64,000 nt of DNA from Acidobacteriota bacterium (lineage in GTDB: Bacteria; Acidobacteriota; UBA890; WLXD01): the NCBI GenBank assembly GCA_963666055.2, contig CAXWPH010000002.1, positions 115,427 to 179,426 on the forward strand, in the 5' to 3' direction. Under the pieces are notes generated by a model. The model worked only from the letters and a program-made list of their open reading frames with translations, did no database searches and was not told the origin of the DNA. Shown in pieces: positions 16,450 to 24,034 of this stretch. Numbering within the stretch: the first letter of the stretch is position 1; each line of letters begins with the position of its first letter. Both the position numbers and the translations under genes were made by a program.

Positions 16450-19143
16450 TCAGCTTTTCAGTGCGTCGACCGGGTCGACCCGCGTAGCGCGTAGCGCCGG
16501 AGAAAGACAGGCTGCGGTCGCCACGGCGAGCAGAGTGAGCGCTACGGTCAGGACCGTCACCGGGTCGCCCGGAGCGACGCCGTAGAGCAGGCCGGCGAGC
16601 AGCCTCGATACGGCAAGACTGGCCACGGTGCCAAAGACGACCCCGAGTGCCGTCAGCCGGAGGCCGCCGCCGATTACCAGCGTCAGCACGTCTCTGCGGT
16701 CGGCGCCCAGGGCCATGCGCACACCCATCTCCTGGGTACGCCGTGACACCGTGTACGTCAACACGGCGTAGATTCCGGCGGTTCCCAGAATCAACGCCAG
16801 GCCGGCGAAGATCGTCAACAGTTGCATGGCGAAGCGCGATTGCCACATCAAGTTGCCGAGCCGCTGCTGCAGCGTTTCTATGCTGTAAACGTTCATGCGC
16901 CTGCCGAGCGACCAGATTGCCTGCTCGGCTGGCCGCAACATGCTCTCGGGAGCTTCGCGAGTTCGCGCCACCAGGTTCATGATCGGCAGCGGCAAATGCG
17001 CTGCGGACACGTACACCATGGGGGGAGGTGCGGGGTCGGTGCCGGCACCACGGACGTTGGCCACCAACCCGACGATCTCCCATTCCATGTCAGGAAAGCG
17101 ACGTAGCGTCGCTGCGGTTCCGCTCAACTCGGGGACTATGCGTTCTCCGATAGGGTCCCGGTCGCCGAAATATCGCCGCGCGAACTCCGCGTTGACCACC
17201 AGTACTGGCGCCGCCTCGACGGTGTCGAATTGGTCGATCGTGCGGCCGCTGAGCAGGGCGATTCCCATGGTCTCGAAGTAGCCGCGCATTACGATACGCG
17301 CCACGACGTTGGGGTTGCGCGCCGCGTCGGGTGCCTCGCCTGGCCGGTGGAACCGAATCGGGGCATTGGCGAACTCGGGCGGCACAAAGCTCACGGCGCT
17401 CGCAGATTCGATGCCCGGCAACTGCTCCAACGCAGCTGCGGCCTGCTCGAAATGCGATATCCAGGCTGCCGGGTCGGGTCCAATGCGCAGCGAGTTGCGA
17501 AGCGTGATGAGCTGGTCAGCGTCGTAACCGAGCTCCACATTCTGCAGGTTGCGGAAGCTCTGAAGAAGCAAGCTGGCTCCCACCAATAGCACCACCGAGA
17601 CGGCTGTTTCAGTGATCACCAAGAGACCGCGCAGCCGCCCTGCGCGTCCGCCGGTAGTGCTGCCCCGACTGCCGTCTTGGAGTGCCGAGGACAGCGTCTG
17701 GCGTCTGGCGACGCGCGCCGGGGCCAGTGCCGCGACAACTCCTGTTAGAACGCACAGCACGGCAGCAAACCCGAGCACCGTGCTATCGACTCGTACATGT
17801 TCGAGGAACGGCACGGCGGCGAGCCCGCCGATGGTCGTCGACCCGCCCGCGCCGGTGCCGGGAATTAGCCGCAGCAGGACCGGCAGCGTGGCGAACGCCA
17901 CGAGCACGCCTACGCCACCGCCCAACGTGGCGAGCACCAACCCCTCGCTGACCATCTGTCGCAACAGCCGTCCGCGGCCGGCGCCCAGGGCGCTGCGCAG
18001 CGCCACCTCGCGTGATCGCTCGATGGCGTGCGCCAGGCCGAGGTTAGTGACATTGGCGCACGCGATGAGCAGAACCAGGCCAACAGCCAGCAGCAAGAAT
18101 CCGAAGGTCTGCCGGTAGGCGCCGACCGCATTATCCCGAACCGGTGTGACCTTGACGCCCCAGCCGCTGTTGGACTCCGGGAACTCGACCTCGGCGTCGG
18201 CCGCGATCGCCGACATCTCCTGCTGCGCTCGAGCTACCGTCACGCCGGGCTTGAGGCGCGCGAAAACTGCGTTGTTGCGGGTCGTGCGGTCCTGCTCGCG
18301 GCCGACAAATGCGGTAGGCATCCACAGATCCGGTTGAACCGGTAACTGGTGCGTCGAGTAGAAGTCGGGGCGCAGGATACCGATCACGACGAAGGGCTCG
18401 TCATCCAGCACAACCGTCTTGCCGATGAGGGCCGGGTCCCCGCCTAAAGCCCGCTGCCAGATACCGTGACTGACGATGACAACACCCGTGCCGGTCGCGT
18501 CACCCCGCTCGAACGTGCGTCCGAGGTATGGCTTGACCCCCAGCACGTCGAAGTAGTTTTCCGTAACCACATGCGTCAACGGCACGAGCGGCTCGTCGAG
18601 CTGCGTGAAGGCCACGCTGTTGTTGGACATGGCGGCCATGTCGGTGAACGACGAGGCGCGTGCCGTCCATGCCAAGAATTCGGCCGGGGGTGCTCCGGCA
18701 AAGGTCGTCAGTCCACGCCGGCTACCGTCGCCCCATAGAAGCATGAGGCGGTCGGGCTCCGCATACGGTAGGGGATGGAACAGCACCCCATGGACGATGC
18801 TGAAGATGGCGGTGTTGGCGCCGATCCCGAGCGCCAAGGCGAAGACTGCTCCCGCGACGTAAGCAGGCCGACGCCACAGGGCACGCACGGCGTAGCGTAG
18901 ATCCTGGGCGGCCCCGTCCACGAAGTTCGCCAAGGGTCGCTGGATGCCGCGGCGCAGTCCGAGGCGGATGGCGTCCTCGGCGGCGTTGAGGAGGCGTCGG
19001 GCGCGGAAACCGCGGCCGTGGCCCTCGGCGCGAGCCTGCGCCAGCTCGCCCTCCCACTCCGCATACCAGTCGTGCCGACGTGCACCGGGCACGACTCGGC
19101 GGAGGATTCGCAGTAGGTACGATCCAGTGCCCCGGCTAGACAC
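16450..19143 (-). CDS. duplicated orphan FtsX/MacB-type permease (ADOP family), full length
   Basis: 897 aa. Has the typical ADOP N-terminus, two MacB-like periplasmic domains, two FtsX modules (8 TM), and the ending LPALRATRVDPVDALKS. Confidence 0.9.
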   Translation of the reverse strand: MSSRGTGSYLLRILRRVVPGARRHDWYAEWEGELAQARAEGHGRGFRARRLLNAAEDAIRLGLRRGIQRPLANFVDGAAQDLRYAVRALWRRPAYVAGAVFALALGIGANTAIFSIVHGVLFHPLPYAEPDRLMLLWGDGSRRGLTTFAGAPPAEFLAWTARASSFTDMAAMSNNSVAFTQLDEPLVPLTHVVTENYFDVLGVKPYLGRTFERGDATGTGVVIVSHGIWQRALGGDPALIGKTVVLDDEPFVVIGILRPDFYSTHQLPVQPDLWMPTAFVGREQDRTTRNNAVFARLKPGVTVARAQQEMSAIAADAEVEFPESNSGWGVKVTPVRDNAVGAYRQTFGFLLLAVGLVLLIACANVTNLGLAHAIERSREVALRSALGAGRGRLLRQMVSEGLVLATLGGGVGVLVAFATLPVLLRLIPGTGAGGSTTIGGLAAVPFLEHVRVDSTVLGFAAVLCVLTGVVAALAPARVARRQTLSSALQDGSRGSTTGGRAGRLRGLLVITETAVSVVLLVGASLLLQSFRNLQNVELGYDADQLITLRNSLRIGPDPAAWISHFEQAAAALEQLPGIESASAVSFVPPEFANAPIRFHRPGEAPDAARNPNVVARIVMRGYFETMGIALLSGRTIDQFDTVEAAPVLVVNAEFARRYFGDRDPIGERIVPELSGTAATLRRFPDMEWEIVGLVANVRGAGTDPAPPPMVYVSAAHLPLPIMNLVARTREAPESMLRPAEQAIWSLGRRMNVYSIETLQQRLGNLMWQSRFAMQLLTIFAGLALILGTAGIYAVLTYTVSRRTQEMGVRMALGADRRDVLTLVIGGGLRLTALGVVFGTVASLAVSRLLAGLLYGVAPGDPVTVLTVALTLLAVATAACLSPALRATRVDPVDALKS

Positions 19144-19438
19144 GCTGTTGCCCGCCCGTCGCGGCGAGATGCTGGGCAGGGTAGCGGTCTCGAGCCTGGG
19201 CGATAAGCGTCGTCGCGTGCCTGGTGAGCTCGTAGTACTTACGAGCCGGTCGGTTGCTCGAGCGTGCTACACGCACCGCCTCCCAGCGCGATCGCAGCAC
19301 GCCGGCCTCCTCGAGTCGTCGCAGCAGCGGATAGACGGTACCGCTACGCACGCCCACCACCTCGATAATCTCGAAACCGTATCGATAACCGGCGTCGAGC
19401 GCCTGCAACACCATGGCGGTCGCGTATGTCATGCGCAT
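19136..19438 (-). CDS. PadR-family transcriptional regulator
   Basis: LQALDAGYRYGFEI...SGTVYPLLRRLEEAGVL...RKYYELT winged-helix motif. It overlaps the permease start by 8 nt. Confidence 0.9.
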   Translation of the reverse strand: MRMTYATAMVLQALDAGYRYGFEIIEVVGVRSGTVYPLLRRLEEAGVLRSRWEAVRVARSSNRPARKYYELTRHATTLIAQARDRYPAQHLAATGGQQRV

Positions 19439-19459
19439 GCCGGTGACCTCCCGTAGTTT

Positions 19460-19491
19460 ATCTATCTAAGTCTAAATCGATATAGATAGAT
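19460..19491. promoter_or_regulatory. candidate PadR operator (9-bp perfect inverted repeat)
   Basis: ATCTATCTA (19460-19468), 14 nt, TAGATAGAT (19483-19491), in a ~40-bp AT-rich patch directly upstream of the padR RBS (GGGAGG). Confidence 0.4.
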
Positions 19492-19521
19492 TTGCACGTC
19501 ACCCGTGGCGTGAGATTCGGA

Positions 19522-20079
19522 TTACTCGAGGGTGCGGCCTTCGGCGAGGAGCGCGTCGACGTGTTCGAATAGGTCGTCGCCGCGGACGTCCAGCGCACGC
19601 ACGCGACCGCGCCGGTCGAGCAGCAGATTGGTCGGCAACCGGTCGATGCCGAACTGCAGCGCGATGCTGTCCTGGTAGCCGCAGTCGGCGTGAATCTGCG
19701 GCCACGCGACACCATGCCGGCGTCGCCAGCTGGTGAGGTCGCGGCGGCTCATACGGTCGAGGCTTATTCCAAGCACGCGGAAATCATCGCCGTATGTGGC
19801 GCGCGCCCGCTTCAGGTGTGGCAGCTCGCGCAAGCAGGGCGCACACCAGGTTGCCCAGAAGTCGACCAACGTGATGCGCCCCTGGATGCGCTCGTAGGTC
19901 CAGGTACTGCCGTCCAAAGCCTGCGCGTCGAGGTTGATCAGAGCACGCACGAGCTGGGCCCGATCAACGGTCCGTTGAGCAGCGCGAGGCGCTGCCGCGA
20001 CGGTCAAAGCAAACATCGCGATAACCAGACCGGTGAGACGGGTTCCAACCGGAAGGCTGCAACACCAGCAGGCGGCCAT
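19522..20079 (-). CDS. TlpA/ResA-like thiol:disulfide oxidoreductase (thioredoxin fold), membrane anchored
   Basis: VDFWATWCAPCLRELPHL contains the CxxC redox motif. N-terminal signal anchor. Confidence 0.85.
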   Translation of the reverse strand: MAACWCCSLPVGTRLTGLVIAMFALTVAAAPRAAQRTVDRAQLVRALINLDAQALDGSTWTYERIQGRITLVDFWATWCAPCLRELPHLKRARATYGDDFRVLGISLDRMSRRDLTSWRRRHGVAWPQIHADCGYQDSIALQFGIDRLPTNLLLDRRGRVRALDVRGDDLFEHVDALLAEGRTLE

Positions 20080-20270
20080 TCAAGAGCGCCGGCTTGGAAA
20101 CCGAGACATCCGCGGTCAGGAACGGCCGTAAGGTCTCATGCCCCTCAATCGGACCCAGGAGGGGCGCCCGACGAAGCCTTCGGAGGGCCCAACTCAGCGA
20201 ACCTTGCGCCTCGATAGGGTTTCACCTGCAGTGCCCGACTTCTGGGGGCGTGCCGCGGTCGCGATCCGCG

Positions 20271-20510
20271 TCAGGTAACGTCCTTCAACTTGAGGCCGTT
20301 CTTCTTCAGGTAGCGCAGCAGGCCGTCGCGGTCGATGCTCTTGAGCGCCGTGGTCGACAGCTTCAGGCGTACCGACCTTCCGAGCTCGGGTATCCACACT
20401 TTCTTGCGCGCCAGGTTGGGGCGGAACCACCGCTTGGTGCGGTTGTTCGCATGCGAGACATTGTTGCCCGAGCGGGGCCCCTTACCGGTAATCACACACC
20501 TTCTGGCCAT
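20271..20510 (-). CDS. rpmB: 50S ribosomal protein L28
   Basis: [33 protein letters not shown] is the canonical L28 N-terminus. Start set at the internal ATG at 20510. Confidence 0.95.
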   Translation of the reverse strand: MARRCVITGKGPRSGNNVSHANNRTKRWFRPNLARKKVWIPELGRSVRLKLSTTALKSIDRDGLLRYLKKNGLKLKDVT

Positions 20511-20872
20511 GACTATGATCTCTGAAATCACTCGGATGTTGCCGCGACCATCCGGGCGCTCACAGACAAGGAGCGTCACCGGAACGGCGAGAGGCGCAAG
20601 GATAGCACAGCGCCCCGCGTTCAGTGCGTGCCGGTGCGTGCCACGATGGTCTTGCGGTACCTGCTGTTTCTGGCTTCTCGAAGGATGGTCCGATGCTCCG
20701 TTTCGGAATCATGGCTGGCCGGCAACGCACGTCGTCGCGGTGGGCCGACCGACCAGCGTCCCGAAGCCTTCCGACTACGATAACGGCGCAAAGCGCCGAC
20801 GTCCCGTCGGGAGCCCTGACTGAGCACGCTGGTGATTCGAATGCGGAAAGTGGTGCAGGCTAGAATCCAACC

Positions 20873-21502
20873 ATGACCGAGCTGGCTCTGGAACGTAGCG
20901 CGCTGGTGCGGCGCGGACTGCTGCTGAGCTGGGCAACGCTGGCGTACAACGGCATCGAGGCCGGGCTGGCGCTGGCGGCCGCCGCCATGGCCGGGTCGGT
21001 GGCCCTCGTAGGCTTCGGTGCCGATAGCACCATCGAGGTCTCGGCGGCCGCCGTGGCCCTTTGGCGCTTGCACGCCGATGCCGACCCCGTCCGCCGTGCG
21101 CACGCCGAGAGAGTCTCACTGCGGCTCATCGGTGGGAGCTTTCTGGTGCTTGCTGTCTATGTGACCATCGAGGCTCTGCGTATGTTGTCGCTTCGCCAGG
21201 CTCCGGACGGGAGCTTGCTAGGTATCGCTGTGGCCGCCGGCTCGGTGCTGGTGATGCCGCTGCTGGCGCGGGCCAAGCGCAAGGTAGCGTTGGCGATGTC
21301 CAGTAGCGCACTGCACCTCGAGGCCAACCAGACGATGCTATGTACGTATTTGTCGGCCATTCTCCTGGGCGGGCTGCTGTTGAACGCGCTGTTCGGCTGG
21401 TGGTGGGCAGATCCAATGGCCGCCCTCGTGATGGCGCCGATCATCGTGCGCGAGGGATGGCACGCCTTCCGCGGCCGCTCGTGCCCGTGCTGCCCTCGCT
21501 AG
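20873..21502 (+). CDS. cation-efflux (CDF-like) membrane protein lacking a cytoplasmic C-terminal domain
   Basis: 209 aa. SVALVGFGADSTIEVSAA and LHLEANQTMLCTYLSAILL resemble TM2/TM5 of cation-diffusion-facilitator-type transporters. Ends in RSCPCCPR. Confidence 0.65.
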   Translation: MTELALERSALVRRGLLLSWATLAYNGIEAGLALAAAAMAGSVALVGFGADSTIEVSAAAVALWRLHADADPVRRAHAERVSLRLIGGSFLVLAVYVTIEALRMLSLRQAPDGSLLGIAVAAGSVLVMPLLARAKRKVALAMSSSALHLEANQTMLCTYLSAILLGGLLLNALFGWWWADPMAALVMAPIIVREGWHAFRGRSCPCCPR

Positions 21503-22197
21503 GGGGCTCGCGCACGATCGACGTGTGGCCGTTCTCCCTCGACGGAGCCCTGGCGGCGCCCGACACGCTCGACAGCGTCGAGCACGCTCGCCTGCGGCGG
21601 ATGCGCTCACCGTCGAAGCGACTCGAGTTTCTCGTTGGGCGGTCAGTGCTGCGGCGCATTCTCGGCGAGGTTCTCGACATCAATCCAGGCGAGGTACAGC
21701 TCGACTACGGGGCGCACGGCAAGCCGCTATTGCGCGGCGACGAGCTGACGTTCAATCTCTCGCACTCCGGACAGCGCGCCCTGGTCGCCATCGCGGCGGG
21801 TGGACGAGTGGGTGTGGACGTTGAACAGTGCCGAGCGCGGCGACCGTTCCAACAGCTATCGCGGCGCTTCTTCTCGGAGGCGGAGGATCGTTGGCTGCGG
21901 GCGCTGCCGGCGCCCGACCGGGCCGCGGGCTTCTATCAGATGTGGACGTTAAAAGAGTCGTACCTCAAGGCGATCGGCACCGGGCTGGCCTTCTCGCCTC
22001 GCGGTTTCGCAATGGATCTGACGTGCGCGCCGCCCCGCCTGATGGCGACGGAGTACCCCGGCGACGAACCCGCCCGGTGGCGCTTTGCCACCCCCGGGCT
22101 GCGCGGCAACTACGCCGCCGCGCTGTGCTGGGACGGCGAGGGCCGCCGGGTCCGTCAGCGCGACGTTTCGGAGTTGTCCTGGAGCGGCGGCGTGTGA
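21457..22197 (+). CDS. Sfp-type 4'-phosphopantetheinyl transferase
   Basis: GKPLL....FNLSHSG, VGVDVE and WTLKESYLKAIGTGL motifs. Start uncertain: the 21340 ORF start overlaps the upstream gene by 160 nt, and ATG 21457 or the GTGs near 21481-21487 are plausible. Confidence 0.8.
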   Translation: MARLPRPLVPVLPSLGGSRTIDVWPFSLDGALAAPDTLDSVEHARLRRMRSPSKRLEFLVGRSVLRRILGEVLDINPGEVQLDYGAHGKPLLRGDELTFNLSHSGQRALVAIAAGGRVGVDVEQCRARRPFQQLSRRFFSEAEDRWLRALPAPDRAAGFYQMWTLKESYLKAIGTGLAFSPRGFAMDLTCAPPRLMATEYPGDEPARWRFATPGLRGNYAAALCWDGEGRRVRQRDVSELSWSGGV

Positions 22198-22264
22198 GGT
22201 TCGCGACCCGCTACACTTGCAAGACAGGCTGCTGGGGACACCTCGGATGGCGCAAGGAGGGGAC

Positions 22265-22846
22265 ATGAAGTGGCTCAAACCACTGCTGTTGCTTGCCGCG
22301 CTCGGCCATATCGCGGTCGGGCTTTACTTTCTCTATGCAGTCGATGCGGCTGCGCGCCTGGTGGGGTTCGACCTGCTCAACACCGGTTCCCGCGGCGAGC
22401 TGCGGGCGCTGGCAGGCGGTCTCGTAGTGGCTATCGGCGCAATGATATTGAGGGGCGTTTTCGGAGGGCGGTTCGGGCGGCAGTGGCTCTACGCGGCGGG
22501 GATCATCTATACGGGGCTTCTCGCCGGCCGCGTCGTCAGCCTCGGCATGGATGGGCTGGCCGCCCACACCGTCTTCGCCGGGTTGTTCGAGGCGGCGCTG
22601 GCGGTGTTGTTCTTCTGGTCCGGAGCCGAGGTCAGTCGATCTGTAACCGTTGCCGGCGAGGCGCCCAAACTGGGGGCCTCCAGCGAGCCGGTTGAGACCT
22701 CGGCGACACCCGGTTCGATCGCACCACCGCTGCAGGCCGAGACCCTGCCGGGGTCGGCGCCGATGGTGAAAGACGATGTGGCGCCGGAGGTCGACGGGCA
22801 GGACGCATCGGACCGCCCGCCCGGGTCAGCTGGAGACGGCGAGTAG
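22265..22846 (+). CDS. DUF4345-like membrane protein with acidic/proline-rich tail
   Basis: ATG at 22265 after AAGGAGGGG. Four TM helices. GELRALAGGL motif. Confidence 0.55.
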   Translation: MKWLKPLLLLAALGHIAVGLYFLYAVDAAARLVGFDLLNTGSRGELRALAGGLVVAIGAMILRGVFGGRFGRQWLYAAGIIYTGLLAGRVVSLGMDGLAAHTVFAGLFEAALAVLFFWSGAEVSRSVTVAGEAPKLGASSEPVETSATPGSIAPPLQAETLPGSAPMVKDDVAPEVDGQDASDRPPGSAGDGE

Positions 22847-23554
22847 CTCCGTCACGAACGTCAGAATCTGCCGCGGGTGCTCGGCACGGTAGTGGGGTTC
22901 GGCGGACCAATGCGAGTCGTCGGACAAGGGCCCATAGACGGCGCTGATGCCAATTACCTCCACCGGAATTCCCTGGCCGGCGTAATGGAGGTTGGTGTTG
23001 TGAACGCACTCGATATCCGACTCGTGGTCACCGACGTAGATGATGCGGCCGGGTCGTGTCCCCGTCAGGCGCTCGACGCAGGCCACGAGCGCGTCCGGCT
23101 GAGGTTTTTGTCGCCCGGGATCGACGGTTTCGAACCCCATCACCTCGTCGAAGTGCGCTTCCAGCTGCAGCCGTTCGAGAAAGCGGATGATGTTTTGAGT
23201 TGCGTTGAGCGACACGATGCCGTGCGATAGGTGCGCCAGCCCTTCCAGGACCTCGGGAATACCGTCGTAGGAGGCTGTAGCAGTCTCGTCGGCGAGTTGC
23301 TCATCCCGCCAGCTCGACTCGGCCAGCCGGATCTGATCGTCCGTCATTTCAAGTTCCTGTCGATAAAAGTCCTTCCAATGCCGGTGCCGATGGAGGGCGC
23401 GCTCGTAGCGCTGCAGCGAGCGCAGAGCATCGAAGACGTCGGGCGACTCTCCCTTGATGCGCTGCACCAGCGTCCGCGTGACGTTGAAGTTCTTCTGGCG
23501 CGTGTCGACCAACGTGCCGTCGAAATCCCAGATGACCGCCTGCACCTCGCGCAT
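22826..23554 (-). CDS. HAD-superfamily hydrolase (phosphatase)
   Basis: VIWDFDGTLVDT motif I and YVGDHESD motif IV. Confidence 0.85.
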   Translation of the reverse strand: MREVQAVIWDFDGTLVDTRQKNFNVTRTLVQRIKGESPDVFDALRSLQRYERALHRHRHWKDFYRQELEMTDDQIRLAESSWRDEQLADETATASYDGIPEVLEGLAHLSHGIVSLNATQNIIRFLERLQLEAHFDEVMGFETVDPGRQKPQPDALVACVERLTGTRPGRIIYVGDHESDIECVHNTNLHYAGQGIPVEVIGISAVYGPLSDDSHWSAEPHYRAEHPRQILTFVTELLAVSS

Positions 23555-23563
23555 ACGGTGAGA

Positions 23564-23616
23564 CTAGCAGGCGATGGTGGAAGTCGGCCCACTACACTTC
23601 CACCGCGGCCTTCTAA
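23564..23616. repeat. mini hairpin copy of the CTAG-bounded repeat
   Basis: CTAGCAGGCgaTGGTGGAAGT, 11 nt, ACTTCCACCgcGGCCttCTAA. GGTGGAAGT/ACTTCCACC are perfect complements. The termini match the family terminus CTAGCAGGCCGTGGTGAAAGT. Confidence 0.5.
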
Positions 23617-23695
23617 CCGATCGCCCGGCGCGCTTGACGGGACAATGGAGCCTGTATTAAACGATGTTTAGTAAATCAGGAGAGGCGCGATCCCA

Positions 23696-24034
23696 ATGGG
23701 CAAGAAGGGCTATCTGGGGGAGTTTGAGCACATCGTCTTGTTGGCGCTAGTGCGTCTCGGCGGTGAGGCCGCTGGCCGAGCCATCTACGAGGAGATCGAC
23801 CGGCTGGCCAGCACTTCGGTGGCCATCACGGCGGTCTATGTGACCCTTTCGCGGCTCGAAAAGAAGAGCTATGTCTCCGCGAAGCTCTCCGCGCCCACCC
23901 CCGTACGCGGCGGGCGAGCCACCAAGAGCTTTCGGATCGAGGCCGCCGGCCTGGCGGCGCTGCAGCGCTCACGCCAACAGCTCGAACGGTTCTGGGATGG
24001 GGTCGAGATCGGCTCCGAGGCCGAAGGTCGATGA
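23696..24034 (+). CDS. PadR-family transcriptional regulator
   Basis: GEFEHIVLLALVRLGGEAAGRAIYEEI....AVYVTLSRLEKKSYV winged helix. ATGA overlap with the downstream permease. Confidence 0.85.
   Translation: MGKKGYLGEFEHIVLLALVRLGGEAAGRAIYEEIDRLASTSVAITAVYVTLSRLEKKSYVSAKLSAPTPVRGGRATKSFRIEAAGLAALQRSRQQLERFWDGVEIGSEAEGR

Noticed and set aside
20836-20850. GGTGATTCGAATGCGG resembling a tRNA T-loop (TTCGAAT)
   Set aside because: The flanking bases cannot form the 5-bp T-stem, and no acceptor or anticodon arms can be drawn. I found no tRNA anywhere in the window.
20780-20872. Possible czcD (NiCo) or other metal riboswitch upstream of the CDF-like gene
   Set aside because: I cannot reproduce the conserved cores of the known metal riboswitches from memory in this sequence. 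It is kept only as an unexplained structured region in the findings.
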